Source of the DNA: Epiperipatus broadwayi
Taxonomy: Eukaryota > Animalia > Onychophora
Assembly (NCBI GenBank): GCA_028023455.1
Contig: JAQFVV010000009.1
Coordinates: 16,864,001-16,928,000, forward strand
Length of the DNA stretch: 64,000 nucleotides
Reading direction: 5' to 3'
Each line of letters opens with the position of its first letter. The first letter of the stretch is position 1. The notes under the pieces are model-generated. The model saw nothing but the letters and a program-made list of their open reading frames with translations, did not search any database and was not told the origin of the DNA. The position numbers and the translations under genes were made by a program. Shown one piece after another: positions 23,440 to 36,858 of this stretch.

Positions 23440-26400
23440 GGTTTTTTTTTTTGTATTTTTGCCACTTTTTTTTATTAAAAATTTGATAAAAATTATTAAA
23501 TTTAATTGTTTAATTTAGGTCAAATATGACATGGAGCTATCACATGACCAGATATTTCCATAATATTATGAACTTTCAAGTCCAGATTTTAATCAAACAT
23601 TTAGAAACTTTATTAGCAACATTGTGGAAATTTTTATAGCAACAATAAAATAATTTTTAATAAAATCAACAGCTTCAGAGAAAAAAATCCAAATCCTAAG
23701 CAAAATGTCATCAGCAAAGTTGTACAAATTTTCCATAGTAAATATACATTCAGATAATATTACTTTTTTTTCCCTATGTCACAAAATTTAAAAATTCCAG
23801 GAGCAACAAGGATATAAGCTCAAATAATACCAACAGATTAAGAATCCAGAGTCCAAATATTAACCAAATAGATGAAAATGTCTGAAGTGATGCACAAATT
23901 TTCCAGGTTAACTAGGATATAGGTTTAAATGGTATTTCTGGCTCCAAAGGTCAAAGTACAAGTTCTAAAAAACCTATGCAAACTTCATCAGCCATAATGT
24001 ACAAACATTTTATTATAATAACAATGTAATGCCAAACACTCCAGGGCCAATTTCACATTTTCACAAAATTATTCCCAATGATGTCACAGATTTGGATTTA
24101 AAAATTCAACAGCTCCATCCACCTTTAACCATTGATTGGAGATCAGCAACACCAACAAATATTAGTGGCCAATTTCTCAATAACTGTCCACTGGGATTTT
24201 TATACACCATTTTGGAGATTTTTTCACCTTGATCTCTGATGCAATCAGTCACTGATATAAATATCTCTCTCTACAAGTTCCCTTGGCAACTTTGGTATGA
24301 CATTATTACAATGCATGGATGTCAATTCAATCAGTCAGATATACAATGCACGGTTGTCAATTCAATCAGTCAGATAGCTGATCAACTAAATCATAATTAC
24401 CTAGCAATTGAATTTTTGCAGGTTTTCCTAAGGAAGCACTTCCAAAGTCAAACCAAAACACTTGGAAACTATGTGTTGATAACCATCAATCTAAATCAGA
24501 ACAAGTATGTAGAATACTTATTTCTAATATACCGCACCAAATTTCCAATGGATATACAGCCCTTTGATAAAGTTCCTTTTTCAATCAATTCTTTTCAAGG
24601 ATACCCTTGTACCTATTCCAGAAAAAGTTAAGAATTCAAAATTTAACTGCATACAGAGATTGATATAAATACAATCACTACCCAAATTGTTGAACATAAG
24701 GCAACTTTATGTTTATACATTCGTAGTCAAAAATTTCAATGCTATGCCTGTAAAGAAGAGTCATCTTGCAACCCAAGACTTCAACCTACCAGCCTCATTA
24801 ACAACTATTTCTAAAACAAATCTGCAAACAACCAGACACCAATTAGAATCTGGTCACTTCTACACTGGGGCTTGCAATAAGTCAGCCTGTAGGCTCAACT
24901 TATCTAACAGCTAGCTTCCTATTCCACCCCAGCTGTATAATTCATATCAATTGATTTCACACTCATACCAAAACAAATGCCTGTTTATCATCATTATATA
25001 TGGACAGTGAACTTTGCACCTAAAATCTAGTCAACCTGCTATCCCCCCTGATGCAACAAGAGTACTATGAATGACCAGCCTCCTCTTAAAATGGACCCAC
25101 ATCAAACACAGCACAAAATTTAACACATCATAAGAAAAAAAACTTACAATAAATATCATGGAAACAATTGCACCAGGGCTATCACCCATACCATTTCTTC
25201 TTCTACATCCAAACTCCTAATTAAAGCAAGAAAAATCATGGTAGGTCTAAGAAAAATCACCACCAACAAAAAACTAATGATACAGACTATCTATTACTCA
25301 TCAATGACATTACTAACAACCTCTACAAGATCATACAAACTACTGCTCCACTGTACCATCCTAATCACCCACCTTGCTCATCTTTCAAATCAGAATCAAC
25401 ACCTGACCCCTCTCCAACCAAACTGTTCAATCATTTTCAGTAGCAATTTATCAACAAACAATTGCATCCAATGATAGCCACATTAGAAGAATCAAATGCC
25501 TCTTACTTTCAAAGAACCTGTCTGGCATCATGAACCCTCTGTATATGCCATGAAACTAAAAATAATAGGTCTCGATGTCTGTAGTTTGATTCACCTTCAA
25601 AGCTCTACCAATTATAGAAATGGATTACTATCACTTAACCTCATCTCAGATTACTACCCTGCTGACTATCCTCATAGGCATGGCTTCTGTGCTTGCTCCA
25701 AAAATTCTTCCTCACCATCAGCAGGCACTGGTATTCTCTCACCTTTCATTGCCTATTCAAGTCATGTAAAATTCTTTATATTGATGAGTACTTAGTATTT
25801 ATCTACATTCTCCCAGCCCTACAGTCTTACCATATAACAAACCATAAATTCAGTTCTTACAAACAATTCAGTTCTTACAAATAGCCCACATCTAATCATA
25901 ATAATAGGTGATTTCAATCTGGATTATCCAGTTTTATAAATAAATGGCTTCATCTCTTAAACGTTTTACTAATGCAGGTCCAGGGTTTTCATTCACCTGG
26001 TTTAATCACTTTTCGTAACAATTGCTCTCTCCAATATTGGATCACCTACTAGAACTAAACATTAATCTCACTCCACTGTCAGATCACTCTGCCCAAACAA
26101 TCACAATAAACCTTAATGAAATTCAGGCAACATCCATTCAATTACATAACACAATTCACATGATTTAAATCTCAACTACTAAAATCATGTTTTCCAAATC
26201 CTACATCATGTTAACAAGTTGCACTAAATGGCTATAGACCCAGTTCAATAGTATCTTGCCTTCCTACACATATTATCATTTACTATATAATACTTAAAAT
26301 GACAGTCCTCCTCATTTCTGTCTTTTAATATTGGCTGATAAGTTACATAAGCAAATTGCCACTAATAAGCATGCCCACTAAACACACCAACACTTAATCA

Positions 26401-28980
26401 AGCTCACTCAAACTTATAATCATGTTTGCAAACAGACCTTGCAATAAAAATATAAAAAATCTACCTAGCTCAGCAGCACACATGGACAAGAGCATGCATA
26501 CACTGGGTGTTGTCACCAATCTCATCAAAATTCCTATGACACTTTAACTATCATGGGCATATGTATTAAACATACCCAAACTTTAAAAATAAATTTTGAC
26601 CCATAATGTTTTCACTTCATCAGTACACTGTTTTACACCACTGAAAACTACTATGCTTTTCCAACCTTGCCAATTTGCTGCCAAACTTCTCACTATTGAA
26701 AACATTTGTCACCCTGGGCTTCATGGAATTCTTGTATTCATCTTAAGTCATCTTAGTTATTTCACTACACTATATATCATAATCTGGCCAATGTCTTTTC
26801 TCAGAGAATATACAGTGTAAAAAGTTTATATCCAATTGCCATAGTGCCTTCCACTAAAACATCTGAGGCTATATCTGATATAACCAACCTTCATCCTATC
26901 TCTATTTTTCCATTAGCCATATAAATACTTGGTAAAAGTGATAAAAATTCAAATTCAGACACACGTATTTTCATTATTATCACATCTACTGTTTGTCAAA
27001 ACAAGCTTATCCACCAGCCAAGCAGCATTCATATTTATGATAATTCTAAGCTTAGTTCAAAAAAATAGAAAGCACAGTCACCTTGCAGCTTGACATATAA
27101 ACAGCTTTTGATTTCATCTCAATTAACATACTTATCAGCAACCTACATTTGAATTGTGAGCTGCACATCACTTTCAATTGTAGAAATTCTCTATCCTTTA
27201 ATCCAATGCAATCAATCTCACAAAATGTCACTCCTAAGCTCATTCCTTTTACACTCTACATAAATCCACTTTTACAACAAATATAGAATAAAATTACCAA
27301 AAATCCAAATTCCACATAATCAGCAATACATTCCCTGCATAGCATAAATAGGACATCACTGTCTTTTGACTTTTCAGCAACAATCATCATATTATAAATT
27401 ATTTTTCATAACTACACAGCATCCTACACACTGCATGTTAATCCTAAAAACCTGCTGAATGGACTCTATTCATAAAGAAATCATGTTCCCAAATTTTTCA
27501 AGGAAAAGACACTGCATTCTTAGACTTTTCCTTTTATAAAGACGACCTTGGTATGAGACTCACAATACACATCAAGCTAGGAAGATTCTATACTGCAAAT
27601 TATCAACTTCCTTTTTAAGGCATATATATCTATTTATTTCAAAATTTGCCTGTTCTATACTCTTGTTATGACAAAAATCACATACTATATACATATTACC
27701 AAATTTTCAAAGATGTTTCATTTCTGCCATCAACTCCATGTGAAATAAATTACTCTAGGGCTGTAATACTGTATGCTTGGCAGTGCAATGGTCTAGGCTT
27801 GCACAGCATTTAGGTGTTCTATACACAAAAAGCCATTAACTTAACAGCAGCAATTATCAACCCATTTTAAAACCTCCAGTGCCTTCTGAAAGTTAACCCC
27901 TACAGATAAATCTCTGTCAACACCATATCTTACAGATCTTATTCATTCAATCCTATGCACCACCAACCAGATCAGTGTCTCTCACAATTCCAAGTATACT
28001 TACTGATAAACATATAATCTGCTTTATCCATACACTATCAATGATTACCCCTCCTCATGTTTCAGACAAAGAACTTGCACCTTCTCAGCCAGTTCTAAAA
28101 ATGGGTGCCAGAATCAAAGTTTTTTGATTTCTTAATTAGACTCAATCTGCATGCACTTTCAACATTCTTTTATCTATGGTAACACTGTCTGTAAAAAAAT
28201 ATCAATCCATTCTGTGGGCTATGGGATAAAGCTGAGAAGATTCAACAACATTTTCTCAATGATGCTGAGCACTAAACTCCACACTACAAATTATGTTAAA
28301 TGCAAACTGGCAAACCATTACTTTCATCTACCACATAATTCAATCCTTCCAAAGATTAAACACACTTGCAGCATTGTGCAGCCACATTTATCCTGTTTGT
28401 TTTCTGGTGTATCCATTGCACCTCTTTGTTAGGCAGCAATACCAGGAGGCATTCATCCACATTTATCAGTAAATTAGACCAGATAAAAGTATGTGATAAC
28501 AACATAGCTCGCACTCTGTACATTTTTGTGGTGGCCTAATAACTCATTAAAAAGCAGTGCCTTATAAATGGCCATAACCACCCTAAGCACTAATAAACAA
28601 CCTCCATGCACATTTCATCTGCTTCATAATACAATAACTACATAAAAATCTGTTTCAGACATATTATAATAGTTCAATACCATAGAAGGCTATCTAACAA
28701 GACCAGTCAAGCTCAAGGCAAGTGAATTTTAATTCAAAAGTTATAAACACTTCTTTTTTTATATATATCCAATACTATGCTATACAACAAGTATCACTAA
28801 AAACAATCATGTACAATTACTAATGTTCGTATAATTGTAATATAACAGCAATGGTAATCAAATTTATATAATAATGAACAATCATTATACTTGAAATGCC
28901 TTTGTAACTCGGCAAAACCCTTGTAAAAATTTGTAAAACCATGTAACATATCTTTTGGTCAATAAAGTATCTTCTTGAAA
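23440..28980 (+). mobile_element. L1/Tx1-like LINE, near full length, decayed (copy D)
   Basis: ORF1 knuckle remnant QCYACK (~24738), APE start MKLKIIG (25550), IIGDFN (~25900), RT remnant. 3' UTR ends near an AAT/AAC-rich run. Confidence 0.85.
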
Positions 28981-29307
28981 TAATATTAATAATAACAACA
29001 ACAATAATAATAATACCTGGTTAGAATGTCTCATGGCTGCAAGTATGATAAAATTCTCTTGCTATTTTTAATATTATTACTTGCAACTCCATCATAAAAA
29101 TTATTTTTTTAAAAACAATAACAAATTATTTATATTATAAAAGGTTGCAAATATTTGTGTGTGCGTCTGCGAAAGGGAAAAAAACTAATACAGTTAGTTT
29201 ACAGCGTTGGTTAAAGATAACATAAATGGCTGTCACGCCTTGAGTATTAACTAACATGATGAAAAAACAAACCTAAGAAATAATGTTACTTTTTTTTCAT
29301 GTGTCAA

Positions 29308-29379
29308 AGCATCGACCGGGAAGCGAATCTGGGACAACTGCTTGTAAGGCAGCTGTGCTAACCACTCGGCCACCAACGC
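29308..29379 (-). pseudogene. tRNA-Gly(TCC)-derived pseudogene or SINE head, anticodon reads TAC
   Basis: GCGTTGGTGGCCGAGTGGTTAGCACAGCTGCCTTACAAGCAGTTGTCCCAGATTCGCTTCCCGGTCGATGCT follows eukaryotic tRNA-Gly(TCC). T-stem has two mismatches and the B-box is damaged (GATTCGC). Confidence 0.75.
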
Positions 29380-31705
29380 TTGCTTTAATTAATAAAAAAC
29401 ATTTGCTGATATTGAAAAAAAACTCAACACTAATTACAAGCTTGAATTTTAATCCCTCTTTCCAAAGATTCAGAAAATCTACAGACAGTGATATTGAAAA
29501 TTTAGATTTACAAAATCAAAATAGAGAAGAAACACAACCTCCCTGTCTGTAATATGGAATGCTGATATGCTAGATAGCATTCCTGAGAAGTTCCACAATA
29601 CCATTCCTAATGAACTTTTTAACACATTCAGACATTTTTTCACAGATTGTTCAATAGTTTTATCAGCTACAGATATTCATTGTTCTTTGTATAAATTCCC
29701 AAGAGCTTTACTACATGAAACATTCACTCTGCACAATCTATGGGAGTGTTCTCTGCTTAGCTGATCATCCAAATTAAAGATATCTGATCATAAAATTCCA
29801 TGATCACAACCAGAAAATAGATTTAAAATGAAGATCAAAACACTGTCACTTTGCTCTAATTGCTGCAGATGAAAACAAACAGAGATGCATAACTGGCATA
29901 TTGAAAAATACATACCTAGGCTACTCCACACAGGATTTTCAAAAATTAATGGAGGCTTTTGAGAAGCTTGTTTCATTGCAACCCACACCAGTTCCAATAT
30001 GCAGCAATAGCTATAAGTTTAAAGTCAAGATTAACAAAAATATTGATCCAACCACTATACCTAATCAGATTACAGACGAAGAGGCAACACTTTGCCTATA
30101 TATAAGATGATTAAAGCCACAATGTTTCTCTTCTCACCAGCATGGTCATCTAGCAATCAACTGCACAACCACTTGATGCTTATAGTATAATCAGGTGGGT
30201 TACCATATATACAGATGGGTTTCATAATCAAAACCAAGATAATATTGACAAAACATCTAATACACACATATGCTTTACCAATTGATCTTTCCATTGAGCA
30301 GACAAATCAAACCTTCAGCACACCTACTAACATCAGTAGCAAAATTACTCAGGATGATGATAATCAACTCTCACCTCATCAGCCAAACCATATGAACAGT
30401 TAGTTTCAACTCATATCACTAAGGTACAATAGTCAATTATTCACAAATGACAATACTAGCCAATTTTCACCCATAATAAACAACACCAGCACAGATGTCA
30501 TAGATACACTGACACCACCATTACCAATAGTTGAAAGCTGTGACACAGATTACATTTGCAAAAGAAAACCTGGGTGACCATGAAAAGATCATGGTAATAA
30601 AAAATTTTAAAAAAATGTTTTGATACCGAAATTAACCTAACATACTTCACTAATAACAGTATTTATAACCTAGAATCTTGTAGCCCTCACTTAGAAGACA
30701 CTCAACAAAAACAGGAAGCTCTAACTAAGCACAAAAATCTTCATCTTTCACCTACCAAAACCCTAAACTCAAACAATGAATCAAAAACAAAGCCTGAAGA
30801 TAAACATTTATACACTAGTATATCAACAAATGTCAAACCTTCCCTGCTTAAAAAAATGCAAACAAAACATCTCTTAAATATTTTGATGCCCTAAATGACA
30901 GCCATGAAAACTTTAATTTTGAGTCATAGCTGGTCATTTATGTTCATACAATCCTTTTTCCAAACCTTATAAACAAGGCAACAAATGGAAATCTCAATCC
31001 AGTCAATAGAAAACAGCTGATACTCTAAACATATACTCTAAGTATTTTTTCTATTTATTTACTTTTAACATGAAAATAAAGATAGGAGCTTTCAATGTTC
31101 AGGGTCTAAACTCATTTCAAAAAAAACCTCCAGCTAAGTAAATGGATTCAGTTTACACAGCCACACATTCTGGGTCTGCTGAAAATAAAAATACATAGTG
31201 ATTCTCCAACTGACCCCACAACATATTTAGGAACCCAAGGCTTTTCCACCTGTTCATGAGATTTATCAATACCTTCCTACACCTGTCAAATGCAATAAAT
31301 ATAATATATGTATATATATTTCACCTAGCATAAAAGTGATTAACACAATTATACAAAATTTATTAACACTAGATTATTTACCTCACCTTATCTATGTCTA
31401 TATGATATATGGTAAATTTATAAATAAATAAAAAAGCTTCACATGATCTCTTTCCCTTTAGTCAATGGGGAGAGTTTTCTTCCTAATGGAACCATCTTAT
31501 TCAACAATGGTAGATTTACATAATTGATTGATGTAATGTTCTACTCACCTTCACTTCATCACATGATAAGTCTCTTTAATTAATACATCCATGTCAAATC
31601 ATACAGCACTAATGATTGATTTAAACCTTGAATTTATTGCACAATAAGTATTTTAGCATAGACAAAACTATGAGGATCCTTCTCCCATCACAAACAACAG
31701 AATTC

Positions 31706-31851
31706 ATATATATAATTATTCAAAGCAATACAATAATTAATAATTAAATTGTGGTATATATTTGTTTTTTAAAATATTTTTTACTGTATTAATTATTGTA
31801 TTGTTTTGAATAATTATATATATCTTATTATAATTGGAATACAGACACTGA

Positions 31852-31894
<43 letters not shown>

Positions 31895-31924
31895 TATATA
31901 TATGTATATATATATATATATATA
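31706..31924 (+). mobile_element. Family D PLE 3' fragment with short inverted arm and (TA)n, inserted in LINE copy E
   Basis: 31743-31858 matches the reverse complement of 11342-11464. 31706-31742 is an inverted copy of 31787-31823 (1 mismatch). Confidence 0.65.
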
Positions 31925-33980
31925 AATGGATCATGCACAAGCATGATCATCATTTATTAACATTATTTCACACACAATGCAGCATGTTACAAAAAGATCA
32001 CCCACAGGATTATATGCATTAATTGAAAAATTGCACAAACAATCATTAATACAGTAGACAATGAAAGTAATAAAGACAAAACTATAGCTCTTAAAAAATT
32101 ATAATTTAGCAAAAAAAAAATTAGAATATATAGCATTGAAAAAAAGTAAATTATATCTCGAACAAATGCACATATCGTCAGAGCAGTATATTAGATGGTT
32201 AGCCACCAAAAGCATAGAGGTCCAACATCAATAATATTAAATAAAATAATAAGTGGTGAATTCATGCTGAATACAATATACAATTATTTCAAAGGAAAAT
32301 CACAGTCATGTGAGTGTTTTAATCCAGCCCCTTTCCTTCTAGGATTAATGGAATAAAATATAAAATTTCAATAAATAGAATTTCAAATAAAAAATAGAAA
32401 GAATCCCAGATTCCTGCCACTCAGGTATCATAGAATTTCAAGGGTAGTTTTGGGATCACACACTACACAATATTTACTGGATGTAGCAAATTTGCTTACA
32501 AAACAAGAATACAAAATTCAAAACCTACATTCCACTTCAATAATCCTATTCTTAAAAAAGCAAGAAAACCTCACTCCACTTGAAAATCTACAATCTCAAT
32601 TAGCTCACTAGGCATAAAAATATATAAATCTGTCATAAAAGACAGAATATAGCCATATATCATTCCAGCTATATCCAAACATCAATTTCCCAAAAAAGGC
32701 TCTTCAGTTAATTAGGCAGCATTCATTTATAAAACAGTCATAGACACAGTAAGAAGTAACAAAAAATATGCACCAATAATAGTACAATTAGATATAGTCA
32801 TTTTTTGATAATTTATTAATAGACAAGTTAATAGAACTGTTAAATAAACTCTTCAATTCCCAAAGCATACATTTATGTAATCACTAATTTATTATTTAAC
32901 AGGGTGATATATATTACTTTACATGGTAAAACAGCTACATCAATATTACCAAACTGCTCCATACCACAAGGATTTCCACTAAGCTTTTTTCCATTTACAA
33001 TATACATTAAGTTGGGCTCCTATGTTCCATGCATTGCTTAGATGGATGACATATCAGTTTTCTTAAAGAGCATGAAACAGTTACCCAAACTTTTAAAAGT
33101 AATAGAAAATTATTCCAACACTTATAATCCTAATGTTAACATTGAAAATCATGTACCTGGAAAATTTGCACAGCAAGTACAATTACAGATTATTCTAAGG
33201 GAAAACCTAGCACATTCTTAGTTTTCCCTTTTCATCTTAGCACCATGGCAATGAGAATACAAATTTAAAACAAATGAAAGAAAAAAATCGAAAGATTAAT
33301 ATATTTGAAGGAAAAGGCATATTTATCATTATATGCAAAAGTATCACTAGAATAATTTATTTTTCTCTTTTTTCCAAAGGTTTCATTAATAATATTTACA
33401 CTCTTTGCAGGAAATTATTGGGGTGGAGGACTATATCCTTTTCCATTAAAAAATTGCAATTACCATTATCTTTGACTGGACTGGGTCTACGCAATATACA
33501 TATTTCCATATACAGAAAACTAAAAACATCATATCAACTTGTATAAAAATATATCCAAGATATCTCATGCAATGAAAATTACACCAACAGATATACCACC
33601 ACCATTCAAAGTTCACTGGAAATCCATGCAGAATCCAATAATAAATGTAAATATACCATTTATTTGAACAAATAGTATTAAATATAAATACTGGGAAACA
33701 TTTAAATTTATCTATTCAACTATACAAACTAAAACAGAAACACTATTGTCTATTAACAATAAGCAATTAATCATAAATATATGAAGATAAAATCCAAATT
33801 AAAGCTTATACTTTTATAATAAGCAATTAATAACTGAAACACACGCTTATTATATACCTGTGTGTCTATATATGTAATATAGGGTATATGAGCACAGACT
33901 TTCAGATGACTCATCACTCTCCACTCTATCTAATATCACTGATACACTCAAGCACATATATGCTCAAAAGATAAATAATC

Positions 33981-34024
33981 ACCAATATACGTATTTCATG
34001 CTAAACCAGTAATCATCAGTTGGT
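33981..34024 (-). ncRNA. Hammerhead motif, family A (one stem II mismatch)
   Basis: ACCAA-CTGATGA-T-TACT-GGTTT-AGCA-T-GAAA-TACGTAT-A-TTGGT. Confidence 0.65.
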
Positions 34025-34184
34025 CCAGATTATCATCTCACACACATATATATTAAGATAGACAATCTTCCTACTTTAATGGACAGGCTCCAATCTACAA
34101 CCCCCTCCAACTCTTCAACCATCCATCCAATTGAAAATCTATCTGATCACTTATAGTATATATGTGTGGGAGATGATAATCTGG

Positions 34185-34228
34185 ACCAACTGATGATTGC
34201 TGGTTTAGCATGAAATACGTATATTGGT
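34185..34228 (+). ncRNA. Type I hammerhead ribozyme motif, family A, intact core
   Basis: ACCAA-CTGATGA-T-TGCT-GGTTT-AGCA-T-GAAA-TACGTAT-A-TTGGT. 5-bp stem I, palindromic stem III (ATACGTAT), AUA triplet ending at 34223. Confidence 0.72.
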
Positions 34229-34897
34229 GATTATTTATCTTTTCAGCATATATGTGCTTGAGTGTATCAGTGATATTAGATAGAGTGGAGAGTGATGGGT
34301 CATCTGAAAGTCTAAGCAATTAAGTAAACATATAAATATTGGTCATTGGAACCAAAATATTTTGATGTCCTGATAAAGATAAGCCTTGAAGCACTTCTAA
34401 CATTCAATTTTTTAAAATATAAAAAATATTACTATAACATAAATGATATATGTTCCCTATGTCATCAAGAATCAGAAACAAAATATTATTTCTCATTCAC
34501 TTCTCAAGGACTGAAAACATTTGCAAAGCTATCTGCAATATCACACCACAAAAAAATATAATGATCAGACATTTATTACAAGTATATAAAAAGATATATT
34601 TTCCAATATTAGGGCCAGTGCTTTTATTCTATATGCCTTCTGGTGTACTAAATATAGTTTGAATATAAACACAAATACTAGAAGACATAAAAACACATTA
34701 AAAGATAAATTAATAAATACCCAATAAAGACAAAGGAAAATAACAGAAACACAAGCATATATTGATACATGGTCCCTAATGCAACCTACTTTAAATCTAT
34801 GCTATGGTATATTGCCAAAAAAAAGCGCATCTAAATGTAATCTTATGCAAATGAAATTATGTAATATAAGCATACACTATATTTCCTATATATATAT

Positions 34898-36845
34898 TGT
34901 AACGGTATGCCCCCTCTCAACAAGATAAGTTAAGGCAGTCACATCTCACTATAGTCAGATTTAAGGTCTTCATATAGGATGCCATGAATGATGTGATTTA
35001 ATTTTGATATAAAACTATATTTGGTCCTAATAACTAATTTATTATTTTAAAAAAATTATTATATCTAAACCACATCAAATCACTTTTCACCTTAATTAAC
35101 TTTACCGTTATGCTCAGCTTTCGAACACAGGGAAGTTTAACACTTTACTCTCTTCAGGGGTTCCTATCAATATTTTAAAGTAATATTATCAACGAATCTC
35201 ACTAACTCTTTAATTCAAATAAAACAAAATTGAAGACTTCATTTAATACAAAAAAACATAATTATTTATTTAACAATTAAATAATTTAAATTTTACAATA
35301 TATATAAAAAATATTTATATATCTACCTCCTTATATTAAAAATATAAACATTCTCTTTGCTTACGGTAGATATATTTTCTAAACCTATAACACTGTGATT
35401 TTACAATGTATATAGAATATAAGTATCCTATTATTTAGACATTTATATTAACATTATTTTACAATAATTGGGTTATACAAATAATAATCCAATCATTTGT
35501 ATATAATACCTTCATTCGTTAAAATGATTGTCTGTAATTTATATTTATTAATATAAAAATAGATACTTCACAACAATATTAATCATTTATTCATTTATCA
35601 TACATTACTGTTATTAAACTATTTAGATTAGTATAAACAATGTAGTGTCATGTCATATAAAATAATAATATGTGGATTTAAAAATAATTTAATCTCTTAC
35701 CTCTAAGTTCACATTATCCCATTCCCAAAATTAACATTTATTAACCGATATTTAAATCTTTATTAATCATAAATAAAAACAAAAATATTCTAAATTATTA
35801 ATTCTCTCTTATTATTCATTTTTATAATAAAATGAATATGATGATAAAGAAAATGAAATTAACTTTCCTAATTATAATTTTCAAAAATCTTAAATGGTAT
35901 TTACAAAAGTTAATGTTCCTCGCAAATGAAAATCCTTCGAAGATGCAGTTTTTTGATTCCTTTGTTGTTAAACATTAAAGAGAATAATATTAGGATATCC
36001 TAAGTTGACATTTAGTTTCCTCTTTATATTCATCTTCTTAATACAAAGTTCCTTCATTAACATTTATAATTCCACTTTGAAGATCTAATTTTTATAATTT
36101 TAAGGCATTCATAATTCCATTTTGAAGATCTAATTTCTTTATAATTTTAAGGCATTCAGCAAATGATGTTATTCCCACATATATATTTGATTAGGCAAGT
36201 GCATTTTATCTATCCCATGATAAATTTGTGTTCTAGCCACTTGGCATTTTCTTTATAATGTAAAGTACATTAAATTTGAATGAAGTTTGTATAAACATGT
36301 TCTTTTTTTTAAGACGCTGTTTAGATTTTAAAACGTAATTCAAACAATTTTTTATAGAACACAAAATATATATTTAGATTACTTTCTTTGAACAAATATA
36401 AGAAATTTCTTCTAATGAGTATTCAATTGTTCAAAATATAAACTTCAACTTACACTATTCTTTGAAATCAAACATAGTAGAAGTTTTTATGAGAATATAG
36501 CTGATAAAAATAGAATCCTTATTCTTCTAACAACAAGAATAGAATTAATATATCATGTCTCGCTCCATCAGCTCGCTGAAGCATACGCATTCTCATTGTT
36601 GCAATAACAATTAGATATTAAAACACTAAGTTAATTTCATTTCCTTTAATTCGATAAACTGTGAACCCAGAGGTCATTTATCACCTTGTCAACAGTCTTT
36701 TGTCAACAACGTCATTTTTCATTTTAAAGAATGAAAAATAGTAACTTAACAAGTTATATATTTATTTTCATAAGTATAATAATAATGTAAATATAATCTA
36801 TACATATTGATTACATGTATGTATGAGTATATATATACTCCTACA
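34898..36845 (-). repeat. 3' LTR (1948 bp)
   Basis: TGTAACGGTATG...TACTCCTACA on +. About 16 substitutions and 4 small indels versus the other LTR, counted by eye. Confidence 0.95.
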
Positions 36846-36858
36846 TTTCCCCTCGACT
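36846..36858 (-). promoter_or_regulatory. Polypurine tract
   Basis: Minus strand AGTCGAGGGGAAA directly abuts the 3' LTR start TGTAGGAG. Confidence 0.8.

Larger units (their letters stand above)
33831..34313 (+). mobile_element. HHR family A fold-back insertion with probable 10-bp TSD, inside LINE copy E
   Basis: Arms 33896-34052 and 34157-34313 (157 bp, no indel), left arm extended 65 nt. AAGCAATTAA at 33821-33830 and 34314-34323; a third copy at 33761-33770 makes the TSD slightly ambiguous. Confidence 0.75.
29400..34897 (+). mobile_element. L1/Tx1-like LINE, decayed (copy E, second subfamily)
   Basis: ORF1 knuckle remnant QCFSSHQHGHLAINC (~30120), APE MKIKIGAFNVQGLN (31070), PQGFPLS (~32965), *MDD (~33040), C-terminal CSLCHQESE (~34452). 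Interrupted by two small inserts and followed by the LTR element. Confidence 0.85.

Noticed and set aside
29308-29379. Functional tRNA-Val(TAC)
   Set aside because: The body is tRNA-Gly-like, the T-stem has two mismatches and the B-box is mutated.
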